Shown piece after piece: positions 6,677 to 15,411 of a stretch of 64,000 nt of DNA. The stretch is from a virus, in the IMG/VR virus record IMGVR_UViG_3300046816_000434; one strand, given 5' to 3'. Each line of letters opens with the position of its first letter. Within the stretch, counting starts at the first letter, position 1. The notes below the pieces were generated by a model that was given only the letters and a program-made list of their open reading frames with translations, did no database searches and was not told where the DNA came from. Made by a program: the position numbers and the translations under genes.

Positions 6677-6843
6677 ACCGCTCCAGGTGCTATCTCCCCT
6701 TGATCTTCAAACCAGGCCTCGATGGCTAATTGGATCGTGCTCGCTAGTGTGTTGACCAGCCTCTCGTCGTAGAACACCCCGTATTCGTCGTCCAGAAACC
6801 ACCGCGCCAGCTCCACGCACTTGGGATCGTATTCGACCTTCAT
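6673..6843 (-). CDS. Small acidic hypothetical protein, 56 aa
   Basis: Manual translation MKVEYDPKCVELARWFLDDEY...; ATGA overlaps with both neighbours. Confidence 0.6.
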   Translation of the reverse strand: MKVEYDPKCVELARWFLDDEYGVFYDERLVNTLASTIQLAIEAWFEDQGEIAPGAV

Positions 6844-7274
6844 GCCTTCTCTTTTTCTACCGACCGGCGCTCAAAATCGCCGGCTAATTCCTTCTGCATT
6901 TCCTCCATGCGGTAGCTGCGAAAGTCACCGACCATTTTGGCCGCAATTTGGGGAGGTGCGTCCAGTTGTTCGCCCATGAACCGGAACAGCCACGATTCCG
7001 TGCGCGCGCTCGTCGCCCCCTCTACAAGGGAAAGCGCCAGATGCTGCGCGTCAAGGGGATCGAGTTGCGCCTCGTAATCGCCCAGCCTCACAACAACCTT
7101 GCCGCCGCTCTCTGACAAAATTGTTTCCACTTCAAACACGTTGGCGGGCGGCTTCAGTATGGCGGTGAGCAGATCCTTGATGCTATCCATGAACCGCTCG
7201 TTCAGCTTTGGGTCGTTCGGGCGCCACTGCCGGATGAATTCCTGCAGCGCGGCGTTGTAGCGCGGTTGACTCAT
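6840..7274 (-). CDS. Hypothetical protein
   Basis: 144-aa ORF coupled to the downstream gene. Confidence 0.7.
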   Translation of the reverse strand: MSQPRYNAALQEFIRQWRPNDPKLNERFMDSIKDLLTAILKPPANVFEVETILSESGGKVVVRLGDYEAQLDPLDAQHLALSLVEGATSARTESWLFRFMGEQLDAPPQIAAKMVGDFRSYRMEEMQKELAGDFERRSVEKEKA

Positions 7275-7356
7275 GCGGTACCTCGGCGGGCGGCGCTTTG
7301 CCTTGGCGACCCGGTGGCCGGGAAGTTACTGCCGCCCTTTGGCATCTTGGTTAGTC

Positions 7357-7869
7357 TCAGGCGCCTTGGCTTTGCACCACGGTGAAGGTGCGCGTGTTGA
7401 CCGTGATCGTGGCGGTCCGTGCCGCGCCCGTGTTGGCGGTGGTCGCGTAAGTCACGTCGCCGTCCACGGTCTGTGGAGTGGTCGGTGAGACTACGCTGAG
7501 CCAGCTCGGGACGTTACTGACGGCGGTCCAACTGCCGGGATCGGTAATCGTGACGCTGAAGCTACTGGTTTCGGCCGTGGCTGCGACCGAATCGCTGGTC
7601 GGAGCGATGCTGACGGTCGCCAGGTCGCCCGGCACGACCGGCGGGGTGGGTGGGTTCAGATGGATCTCGCGCGCGTCCATCATCTTGTCCGCGCAGTTGA
7701 CGGCCTTCGCTACGATCTCGTCTGCAGTGAGCCTTACCTCGCTCGATGCGCCCGACAGGGCGGCGAGGACGGCGGAATCCCAGAAGGCCAGATCTTCCGG
7801 GCTGGCCTCTTTGGCGGCGACCTCCTTGGGGGCGGTGGTTTTCGGGGCGGTCTTGGTGGCGGTGGACAT
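7357..7869 (-). CDS. BACON (Ig-like) domain protein
   Basis: C-terminal SFSVTITDPGSWTAVSNVPSWLSVVSP...GDVTYATTANTGAARTATITVNTRTFTVVQ is the BACON signature; strong AAGGAG SD. Confidence 0.8.
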   Translation of the reverse strand: MSTATKTAPKTTAPKEVAAKEASPEDLAFWDSAVLAALSGASSEVRLTADEIVAKAVNCADKMMDAREIHLNPPTPPVVPGDLATVSIAPTSDSVAATAETSSFSVTITDPGSWTAVSNVPSWLSVVSPTTPQTVDGDVTYATTANTGAARTATITVNTRTFTVVQSQGA

Positions 7870-7899
7870 CTTGGTTTCTCCTTTCCCGCGAAAGCGGGC

Positions 7900-8178
7900 T
7901 CAATTCATTTTGGGCCTCATCCGGATCTTTTGGGTGACCTTGTCAAGAAATTCCATCAGTTGGGGGTCGGCGTGGATCTCGGCCTGTTCCTTTTCAGTCA
8001 TCGCGCGCGGCTTCAGGCCGTCGTCAAACTTCATGACCGCGCCGCACCGGAAGCAGATCAGGAGGTTGCCCGGACGCGGACGGTCGTCGTGGTTTACCCC
8101 GGTTGCGGCATCCAGCTTGTAGCCGCAGTTCAGGCAGTGGGACTCGGGCGTGCGGGTGGCTTGTGGCTGTGGATTCAT
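7900..8178 (-). CDS. Zinc-ribbon protein
   Basis: CLNC...ICFRCG. Confidence 0.7.
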   Translation of the reverse strand: MNPQPQATRTPESHCLNCGYKLDAATGVNHDDRPRPGNLLICFRCGAVMKFDDGLKPRAMTEKEQAEIHADPQLMEFLDKVTQKIRMRPKMN

Positions 8179-8426
8179 ACCTCCCCCAGGTATTCATAGA
8201 TCATGATACTCGTGCCGGTGTCGTCGGCAAGCGCTTCCTTGTCTGGCCCCGTACGCCTGGCGATGAAGCCCACGTCGCCCATCGTAAACCAGACGAAGTC
8301 GTCCGATACACGGATGACCCACATGGTAACGAAGGCATTGCGGCCGTCCTTGTGCGTGATCACCACGGTCTCGGGCACTAGCTCGCTGACCTTCAGTGGG
8401 CGCCCGATTTCATCTGCCTGGTTCAT
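8175..8426 (-). CDS. Hypothetical protein
   Basis: MNQADEIGRPLKVSEL...; ATGA/TATGA overlaps. Confidence 0.6.
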   Translation of the reverse strand: MNQADEIGRPLKVSELVPETVVITHKDGRNAFVTMWVIRVSDDFVWFTMGDVGFIARRTGPDKEALADDTGTSIMIYEYLGEV

Positions 8427-8596
8427 AAGGCCTCGCGTATCCAGCGGCAGACATGCGCGAGCGCCTGCTCTACCGACAGCTCGGTGAGAAGGTAGCTGCC
8501 CCGCACGCCGTCTTTGATGTCGCGCGCGTAGATCTCGCCGGCATGCTGCTCGATGCGGTCGAGAACCTCGGCCAGGGCTGTCTCCGGTTGGGCCAT
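8423..8596 (-). CDS. Small hypothetical protein, 57 aa
   Basis: Manual translation MAQPETALAEVLDRIEQHAGEIYARD...; abuts both neighbours. Confidence 0.55.
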   Translation of the reverse strand: MAQPETALAEVLDRIEQHAGEIYARDIKDGVRGSYLLTELSVEQALAHVCRWIREAL

Positions 8597-9019
8597 TCAG
8601 TTTGCCTGCCCCGTTTTCTGACGGTGCCACGGCATCCATTCCACGCCCATCCGGTGTAGTAATTTACCTACATGATCGGGATGGTATTGGATGCCAAGCT
8701 GCTCCTGAATTGCATCTGCCAACATGGCTGTTGTCCAGCGGCTGCTGTCATACCCTGCGGCTTGCGGACCTCTCTCGCATAGCTGCTTGAGCTTCATCCG
8801 CTGCTGTTCATTCAGCCTGGAAGGACGGCCCGGCGCCACGCTCTTTTTTAGGGCGCGAATGCCCTCCTCGCGGAGCAACTGCTTCCAGCGGCCGGCTGAG
8901 TTACGGGAGACGTCGAACAGTTCCCCTACCTGTATGGCACTGGCTCCCGCTTTAAATAGCTTCGCGGCGGCAAGGCGCCGCGTCTCCATATCGTCGCGCG
9001 TGAGATTCATGCGATTCAC
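8597..9019 (-). CDS. IS630-family transposase N-terminal double-HTH domain without catalytic domain
   Basis: RRLAAAKLF..G....VGELFDVSRNSAGRW...GRPSRL...GPQAAGY...RWT...LADAI...GIQYHPDHVGKLLHRMG; stops before any DDE domain. Confidence 0.8.
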   Translation of the reverse strand: MNRMNLTRDDMETRRLAAAKLFKAGASAIQVGELFDVSRNSAGRWKQLLREEGIRALKKSVAPGRPSRLNEQQRMKLKQLCERGPQAAGYDSSRWTTAMLADAIQEQLGIQYHPDHVGKLLHRMGVEWMPWHRQKTGQAN

Positions 9020-9288
9020 TGTTTACTGGCCTCGCTTTCTTTGGGCTTATCCCTCAACGCATTCATCACGATCTGCATTCCCAACTTCATCCCTAACTCA
9101 AAGCTGTCTTCTTGCACTTTGTTGAGTGCTCTCGCAAACCGCATCGCGGTCTCTTCATCGTGTATAGGCAGAGGGCCATACTGCCGTACGGCATTTTCCA
9201 CGATAGCCATCAGCTCGGGCTGCGCCTTCTCTGTCATCGCGGTCGCCATTTTGATGGCCCGCTCCTGCCAATCGTCCAGGCCGGTCAT
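9016..9288 (-). CDS. Hypothetical protein
   Basis: 90-aa ORF with ATGA/GTGA coupling. Confidence 0.65.
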   Translation of the reverse strand: MTGLDDWQERAIKMATAMTEKAQPELMAIVENAVRQYGPLPIHDEETAMRFARALNKVQEDSFELGMKLGMQIVMNALRDKPKESEASKQ

Positions 9289-9899
9289 AAGTTCTCCGTC
9301 TTAGGCGGTTCCCATTCCGCGCCAAAGATTCCGCGCAGAACGGGCAGCGCTTCATCCAGCGCGATCTGCTTGCCGTGCCGCCAAAACTCGTAGCCCAGGA
9401 ACGGCCGCGACGGGCGCACGTAGGGCTGCAACTCACCAAACCATAGCGGGCGTCTTTGCGCCTCCACCTTGCCAGCGGCCACGGCGACAAAGACCTCGGG
9501 CCGCTCCGTGAGGATGGTCTCATCGAGTAGGATCTTCGCCTCCGTGGGCAGCTTGGATGGATCGGCCACGTCGATCCGCCCCAGGTATCTGGGTGCCGCG
9601 AGATAGGGGCAGGTAGCCAGCGCAAACTGTATGCACTCGTGATGCCCCGGCAGGTCGAGATACCAGCCGTGCTCGTCAAAGGCGCTCTTGGGACCCCCTG
9701 TGAACCATTTCCAGTTGCCCAGCTTCCCGCCGCAGATCGGGCAGAGGCCTTCCCGCAGCGCCCGCCAGGCTTTCCTGTCGTCGTTGACGGTAAAGAATGG
9801 CGTGCCGTCTTTCGCGCGCAACACGTTCCACGGGATCGGATAGCCGCGTGCGTCCGTGTCCAGGCGGGCGATGCGTTCCGGCATGACAAGCGCGCTCAC
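9285..9899 (-). CDS. Conserved phage protein with Cys/His metal-binding motif
   Basis: DARGYPIPW...CPICG...FTGGP...PGHHEC..FAL..CPYL; GTG start overlapping the upstream TAG. Confidence 0.7.
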   Translation of the reverse strand: MSALVMPERIARLDTDARGYPIPWNVLRAKDGTPFFTVNDDRKAWRALREGLCPICGGKLGNWKWFTGGPKSAFDEHGWYLDLPGHHECIQFALATCPYLAAPRYLGRIDVADPSKLPTEAKILLDETILTERPEVFVAVAAGKVEAQRRPLWFGELQPYVRPSRPFLGYEFWRHGKQIALDEALPVLRGIFGAEWEPPKTENL

Positions 9900-10216
9900 T
9901 ATATCTTCACCTCGTCGCTCCGCCAGAAAAGCGAGGTGGCCTGGTCCGGGCGGTCGATCTTGCGCTGCGTGCGCATGCCCAGGCGGAAACACATGCGCGC
10001 GGTCTGGTAGACATAATGCGGCAGCTCCGTGCCTTGAGGCACGCCCATGGCTCTGGCGATGTCGGCAACGTAGCCGGGCAGCTCCTGGTCGATCTCGCCG
10101 TATTCCTTGCGCAGGCAATCCTTGGACAGCGCGTCGAAGGCGCGGTCTGTCCGCGCGCGCACTGCTTCCGCGTCGTACTCGTCCGATATGGCCCGGATGG
10201 CTTCGGTGATATTCAT
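9899..10216 (-). CDS. Hypothetical protein
   Basis: 105-aa coupled ORF. Confidence 0.65.
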   Translation of the reverse strand: MNITEAIRAISDEYDAEAVRARTDRAFDALSKDCLRKEYGEIDQELPGYVADIARAMGVPQGTELPHYVYQTARMCFRLGMRTQRKIDRPDQATSLFWRSDEVKI

Positions 10217-11139
10217 ACCTTGATCTCGATCTCCCTTGCCGGTGCGTCCTTGCCCCTGGTCCCGCGCACCGTCATCGGTGTCCAGACCAACTGCTTGTAC
10301 TTGCCGAACAGGCCCTTGCCCTCGCGGTAATCGCGGAAATGCCCTCTACAGATATGCATGGCTTTGGCTAGACCCACTTCACCGCTTCTGCCTTCATGGC
10401 GCAGGATCTGCTTGAGCGGCTCAATCACCAGCGTCTTATACGCCGTGGGCCACTGCCCGGTCCTGGCATGGTGCTTCCTGGCGAGCGGCTTGGGCACGCT
10501 CTCGTCGGTGACGGTGACATTCTTACAGTGCAGGAAACAGATCGCAAGCAGCGCGGGATGCAGCCATGTCATCAGGCTCTTCATCACCTCGTCCGATCCT
10601 GCAGGCGCATAGTTCTGCATCTGCGGCGCGCCCAGGATATGGCCTTCCGCGTCCACCGCGAACAGGATGGCGCCGTGCGGGCCGTGGGCGCGTTCGCCGT
10701 GCACGTGGTCGTACTGGATGAAAATATCCGCCCAGTAGAGCCAGCGCGCATTCTCCGGGATGTCTTTGCCCTGCGCGTCTTGCGGGTCGATTGCCATGAA
10801 CACCGCGCCCAGGCGGGCCTCCTTGCCCAGCACCGACGACATATCGGTATCGCCCTTAGTGTCAGAGTGGATGCGGCGGGTCAGGCGGTGCTCCGCCCAG
10901 AAGCACTCATAGGGCGGCGCGAGATTGGGGAAGTCTCGCTCCAGGCTCCAATACTCCTGGCCGGTGCCGACGTAGTAATAATCGGCCACGTTGTCGATCA
11001 GTAGCACCGGCAGCTTCGGTTCGGTGAGCACCTGCATCACGCTCTTGGCATACTTCAGCCATTGCGCTTCCCACTCGGGCGCGACAAACACCGGCATCTG
11101 CACGCCGCGCACGCGGATGTCATCAATCAGCCGGGGCAT
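10213..11139 (-). CDS. Conserved phage protein with C-terminal HxCRGHFR motif
   Basis: AMHICRGHFRDYREGKGLFGKY..LVW.P..RG; AAGGAGG SD before ATG 11139. Confidence 0.75.
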   Translation of the reverse strand: MPRLIDDIRVRGVQMPVFVAPEWEAQWLKYAKSVMQVLTEPKLPVLLIDNVADYYYVGTGQEYWSLERDFPNLAPPYECFWAEHRLTRRIHSDTKGDTDMSSVLGKEARLGAVFMAIDPQDAQGKDIPENARWLYWADIFIQYDHVHGERAHGPHGAILFAVDAEGHILGAPQMQNYAPAGSDEVMKSLMTWLHPALLAICFLHCKNVTVTDESVPKPLARKHHARTGQWPTAYKTLVIEPLKQILRHEGRSGEVGLAKAMHICRGHFRDYREGKGLFGKYKQLVWTPMTVRGTRGKDAPAREIEIKV

Positions 11140-11290
11140 CTGCCTCCTTCTTCTCCACTTCTTTCTTGGCCGTGGCGCACGCCTCCTGGATGATGCGCAG
11201 CACTTCGCAGCCGGGCTTGTGCCTGGGCGTGCCTCCCACAAGAGTGGTCGTATGGCAGAAATAGCAGTAGTAGTAGGCGGACAGTTGCAT
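11123..11290 (-). CDS. Small Cys/His protein, 55 aa
   Basis: Manual translation MQLSAYYYCYFCHTT...HKPGC...; fills the gap between neighbours. Confidence 0.45.
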   Translation of the reverse strand: MQLSAYYYCYFCHTTTLVGGTPRHKPGCEVLRIIQEACATAKKEVEKKEADAPAD

Positions 11291-11575
11291 CTAGTTACGG
11301 CTCCTGCGCAGGTTGGGCTGGGCGCGGCGCGCTTCGTCAAATACTTCGTCTATCGTTCCGGCGGGGAGGATTTCATCGTCGGGCTGAACGTGGCTTTCAA
11401 AGCAACGCTCGCAGACGATGGAGAGCGCGTCCATGGTCGCAAGCATGCGTTGCCCTGTGGGCGCGACCATCACCTGGCGTCCGCACACCGTGCAGTGATG
11501 ACTGAAGATCGACCCAGGCACAACCTGCGGCGCGTCCGCCAGAGCGCAGACTAAGATGGCTGGCTGTTCGTTCAC
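11291..11575 (-). CDS. Zinc-ribbon protein
   Basis: CTVCG...CERC. Confidence 0.7.
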   Translation of the reverse strand: MNEQPAILVCALADAPQVVPGSIFSHHCTVCGRQVMVAPTGQRMLATMDALSIVCERCFESHVQPDDEILPAGTIDEVFDEARRAQPNLRRSRN

Positions 11576-12129
11576 TGATTCCCTCCAAACGCGCGTTGCG
11601 GCGCCAGGGCCTCGTCGCTATCGAACACACGGCGCTCATTGTTGCCTACTTTGATCCGCCGGATGCCGGGAAAGGCCCAGAGCGTGTAGTAATTCGACGG
11701 GTCCAGCAGCCGGCTCTCGGCCGGGTATAGCTCAAAGGCTTCGCACTCTTCGCCCGCGATCTGATTCTTGATCCACTGAAACTCCCGCCAGTCATGCCGC
11801 GCCGTGCCGTCGTTAGTGTGAATGCCGATCTGGATCATGCCGCCGTCCGTGCCGAACACCGGGTCTTTCGACCAGCGGCGTACGACCACCTGGTAGACAT
11901 CGCTCTGCCAATACTCCGGGCTCTCGGCATCATCCATTTTGCCGGCGCTAACCAAATCGAGCGCATGATGCGTGGGGCTGGTTTCCCCGGCCGCGTCCGG
12001 GTGGGCCGCGCGCCACGCCGCCACCAGTTTGGCGCGCGCCGCGACGAAGTCCTTGGCATCGTAATCGCCCTGGCGTTTCTGGATCTCGCGCATCATGCGG
12101 TTGAGAATGGGGTGGTCGTTGTTGGGCAT
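11572..12129 (-). CDS. Conserved phage protein (HDWRxFQxIKN...ELYPAESRL family)
   Basis: RHDWREFQWIKNQIAGEECEAFELYPAESRLLDPSNYYTLW. Confidence 0.75.
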   Translation of the reverse strand: MPNNDHPILNRMMREIQKRQGDYDAKDFVAARAKLVAAWRAAHPDAAGETSPTHHALDLVSAGKMDDAESPEYWQSDVYQVVVRRWSKDPVFGTDGGMIQIGIHTNDGTARHDWREFQWIKNQIAGEECEAFELYPAESRLLDPSNYYTLWAFPGIRRIKVGNNERRVFDSDEALAPQRAFGGNQ

Positions 12130-12560
12130 TACGCTCTCTCGATTGCCTCTTTCAGCTCGCTCCACGCCCGGCCCCAGGTCTCCTGTGCCTGGCGCAGATA
12201 GTGCGCGAAAATCAAACGCGGCGAACTGACCTCGCGCACCATGCGCTCGTGCATCCGTTCCGCCTGTAGCCAGGTGCTGCAACGGTCCTGCTCCTCGCCG
12301 TGCCCTTCCCAGAAAACCATGGTCTCAAACAGCAAAGGCGGACCCCCGCGCCAGGAACAGAAATTGTGATCGAGCCCCAGGAACACCGTCGAGACGACTG
12401 CGATATCGAGCACGCGGGTCACGGCGACGTGGCGGTCGTTCTCCTCAAACCACCGCGCCCACGTCAGCGTGTCAGGCTCCGCGACCGGCGTCTGTCCTAT
12501 CAGGATGTATCCTCCCGGCAGACCGCCCATTTGGTCGCGCATACGTGGGATGGTTGGCAT
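12129..12560 (-). CDS. Conserved phage hypothetical protein
   Basis: VSTVFLGLDHNF...PLLFETMVF motif. Confidence 0.75.
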   Translation of the reverse strand: MPTIPRMRDQMGGLPGGYILIGQTPVAEPDTLTWARWFEENDRHVAVTRVLDIAVVSTVFLGLDHNFCSWRGGPPLLFETMVFWEGHGEEQDRCSTWLQAERMHERMVREVSSPRLIFAHYLRQAQETWGRAWSELKEAIERA

Positions 12561-12805
12561 TACACCTCTCTGATCTTCTCTAGAATCCGGCGCATCTTAT
12601 CCACCACGCGGACCAGGTCGGCATGCAGGCCGATGGTTTTTTGCACGCCGGCAACCAGCCATTCCGCGACCTGGCTTGCGCTTATTGTGTGCCCTTCCCG
12701 CAGTGATAACTGACGTGCACGGCGTTCCAGTGAGCGACGTGCCGCCCCATGAAACTGAAGCTTCTCACCTACAAATCGGATTTCGCCTTCCCGGATTGCC
12801 CGCAT
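12560..12805 (-). CDS. Small putative DNA-binding protein
   Basis: 81-aa basic, helical ORF at the head of the operon. Confidence 0.55.
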   Translation of the reverse strand: MRAIREGEIRFVGEKLQFHGAARRSLERRARQLSLREGHTISASQVAEWLVAGVQKTIGLHADLVRVVDKMRRILEKIREV

Positions 12806-12997
12806 GCATCCCCCAAAGAATCAGGTCGTGGATTATTGTACAGCACGCAGCGTATCGTACGGCACCATGTCGACTATACTTACTACTGAGTCCAGTGAAA
12901 ATTTAACTGATAAAAAGCGCGCGCCCGATGCACTGAAAAGAAATACCTACGTGTGGTTGTAATAGCCATCATGTTACTTTCTCTCAGAAGCTGACTT

Positions 12998-13027
12998 ACT
13001 ATAGCGCAACTCTTGCGCTCTGCTCAA
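12998..13027 (-). promoter_or_regulatory. Sigma70-like promoter with operator-like palindrome in the spacer
   Basis: TTGAGC-18 nt-TATAGT; the spacer contains GCGCAA-GAG-TTGCGC. Confidence 0.55.
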
Positions 13028-13048
13028 TAGCCTGCTAGGCGGTTAAAC

Positions 13049-13111
13049 AAAAAAACCGCCACCGCGTTGGGGTGCATTGGACGGAATCGTCCTTCCCGGT
13101 GCGATGGCGGT
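13049..13111 (-). terminator. Intrinsic terminator with competing alternative pairings
   Basis: ACCGCCAUCGC (13111-13101) pairs with GCGGUGGCGGU (13065-13055), followed by a U run; inner GGACG/CGUCC hairpin. Confidence 0.55.
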
Positions 13112-13224
13112 GCGATGGAAGTAGCATCACCCCAATAGCTTGGGTTGCCTCCAGTTTACGGCGCAGGCGGGCGGTCGCTCAAGGGCTGAGGCACGCCGCT
13201 GCCCTGTCCAGATCTGCCGGTAAT

Positions 13225-13803
13225 TCAGGCACCGCCTTTGGGTTCGGGAACGGGAGACGGCTTGCTGAAGTCGGGCGGATTGAAGATAAACCCCCACAGA
13301 GGTGGATGCGGTTTGCCTCCGGGGCAGACCGGCCCCCCTACGCCCCAGTCCGGGTCGGTGGGAATCCAGATTCCGCCGGGCAGATGGATCGGTCCGCCGT
13401 TGATGACTGGCGGCAGGACCGGGCCTCCACCGACATGGACTGGCGGTTGCGCGGGTCCGCCGCCGATGTGCACGGGCGGTCCAACCCCGAAACCGGGATC
13501 GACGGGGAAAAACGCCCAGAGAGGAGGCATGCCGTATCCAGGATCGACCGGCTCCCAGTGGCCGGGAACCCAGGGGTGTGGCGGTTCGGTTCCGCCTCCG
13601 GGAGGCAGGCCGTTATCGGGACGGGGCGGCAGAATCGGCCGGCCGGGGGGTTTGTTGCCGGGGCGGACGGGTGCCCACGGCAGGCTGTTGTCGGGGTGGC
13701 CTCCGCCGCCGTGTCCGTAATCTGGGTCGGTGGGCCGGCCGGGAAGAACGGGTCCCGTGCTCGGGTGTCCGGATGCGTCAATCGGAATAATGTATGCGAA
13801 CAT
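13225..13803 (-). CDS. Pro/Gly-rich low-complexity phage protein
   Basis: Repeated PDNSLP/PDNGLP, VDPG(Y/F)G, PVHIGGGP and PPLW motifs; AAAGGA upstream. Confidence 0.75.
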   Translation of the reverse strand: MFAYIIPIDASGHPSTGPVLPGRPTDPDYGHGGGGHPDNSLPWAPVRPGNKPPGRPILPPRPDNGLPPGGGTEPPHPWVPGHWEPVDPGYGMPPLWAFFPVDPGFGVGPPVHIGGGPAQPPVHVGGGPVLPPVINGGPIHLPGGIWIPTDPDWGVGGPVCPGGKPHPPLWGFIFNPPDFSKPSPVPEPKGGA

Positions 13804-13877
13804 CGCTTGTCCTTTGTCCTCTTCTCTGAAATTAAGCTCGTCGGGTCACAACAACGTGAATCGCGGGGAATTTTATA

Positions 13878-13939
13878 CGCTTAGCGTTAGAGCATAGTCG
13901 CTTAGCGTTAGACTACATAGCGTTAGACTACATAGCGTA
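13878..13939. repeat. Tandem TAGCGTTAGA(CTACA) repeats
   Basis: TAGCGTTAGA at 13882, 13903 and 13918, partial at 13933; exact 15-mer TAGCGTTAGACTACA twice. Confidence 0.85.
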
Positions 13940-14697
13940 TTAATAGGTTGGAGCCAGTCGTTGGCGTCAGGCGTTCCAGCGTTGTCCTGGGGTTTATCAG
14001 GGCTATTTCGACCTGCGCCAGCGCTATCCTGCCGCTTTCCCCGCCCTTTTGCGCCTGCCTCCGGTGGGGGGCATGGCTGCTGGGGCGGTAAGGAGAGTGG
14101 AAGGACGCCTGCATTTTTTTGGTGAATGCGCGTGAGCCGGGCGCAGGAGGACCTGCTTTCCAGTCCCCCTTCAAAACGTGATTCGGTGCCTTTTTTTGGA
14201 GCCACGCTGCGATTCACGGTTCGATCAGCCTTGGTTTCGATTATTGGCGGCTGACGGCCAGTTCCTCTTCCCTCAGATCTGGAGTTTCACCTGACGAAGT
14301 CTGAGGACGTTAACGCAGGGCGCTTTGGGTTCAGACTCTTGTTCCGGTCACCCGCAAGCTGGGGTTCAATCCAGTGATTCGCCTGCGTCCCGCAGCCACT
14401 GCCTCACGGCATGAGCCTCTTGCGCGACGGTAACGTCTGCTTCTCCGGAAGGCTCCGCGAGAACTGCACGGCGCCAACAACAGCAGCATAGCGCCGTTTC
14501 GCCTGGTTGCACCCTTTTTTTCGCCCCCTGTTCTCTTCGTTCTGTGGGTTTTATTACTTCTGATACATGTATGCGTTTCGGTCTTGAGGTGGCCGGCCAG
14601 GCGATATCCTACATACTTGCCTAAAAATGGTTTACGTGATAAGACATCTGTACGGCACGGATTGGATTGACGATGCAGGGAGAAGCATAAGAAAGGC

Positions 14698-15372
14698 ATG
14701 CCACAGCGAATGAAAACAAGACGGACATGGTCCGACCAGGACAAGGAAGCCTTGATCCGGCAAGCAGCCTCGTATCAAGGTTTGCATAAAGAGTTTTACG
14801 CCAAGATGGGCATCAGTGGTGCCTGGTTCCGCGATATGCGCGAGAAGTTCTTGAAGGCTCATCCGGAGATTGACCTCACTGTTCCGGTAGTAAAGATGGC
14901 TAGCGGTTGGCCCGCCGATCCTGAGGAGCGCAAGCGGGAGATGCTGCGGCGCCAGGCAAAGGCGAGATTGAACAAATCGTCAGGGCTTAAACCCAAGCCT
15001 AAACCCAAGGCTTCGCCTGGCTCTGCTGTTCTCGATCCCGCCGTAGCTTCTGCCCTGGCTGCGTACCGGGAACTTCCTAAGCTTGAAAAAGCTCCCTGGC
15101 GCAAGGCTCATCGTCTGACTGGTTCTCAAATCACCAAGATCAACCTTGGCATTGCCGGCCCTGGCGTTGTTGCCCGAGTCCTATCTTTCAACGGCAATCG
15201 CGACCAGCGCCTGGCGCGTATCCCGGACCCAATTTCCCTGATTCCCGACAGCGCTCCTCAGCCGGCCGGGGTTCCCGTCACTCTCGATGACGCTATTCTG
15301 GCCTTTGAGGTGAAGCAAGACCATATGAGGGAATTTATCGACCAGCTCAAACGCATGCGCAGCGGACGGTAA
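14698..15372 (+). CDS. DNA-binding protein with N-terminal HTH (HTH_Tnp_1-like)
   Basis: RRTWSDQDKEALIRQA...FYAKMGISGAWFRDMR; basic middle region; AAAGG SD. Confidence 0.65.
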   Translation: MPQRMKTRRTWSDQDKEALIRQAASYQGLHKEFYAKMGISGAWFRDMREKFLKAHPEIDLTVPVVKMASGWPADPEERKREMLRRQAKARLNKSSGLKPKPKPKASPGSAVLDPAVASALAAYRELPKLEKAPWRKAHRLTGSQITKINLGIAGPGVVARVLSFNGNRDQRLARIPDPISLIPDSAPQPAGVPVTLDDAILAFEVKQDHMREFIDQLKRMRSGR

Positions 15373-15411
15373 TGCTTCGTGCGACGAACGACTTAAAACA
15401 AGAAGGTATCC

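Noticed and set aside
8597-9019. Active IS630 insertion sequence
   Set aside because: No DDE catalytic ORF, terminal inverted repeats or TA duplication evident.
13150-13222. Resemblance to c-di-GMP-I (ACAGGGCA) or ZTP (GACCG..CGCCTG) riboswitch fragments
   Set aside because: Only short word matches; the GNRA/receptor and pseudoknot elements are not found.
14325-14380. tRNA-like GGGTTCAATCC / GGGTTCAGA T-loop words
   Set aside because: No 5-bp T stem, acceptor stem or anticodon arm can be built.
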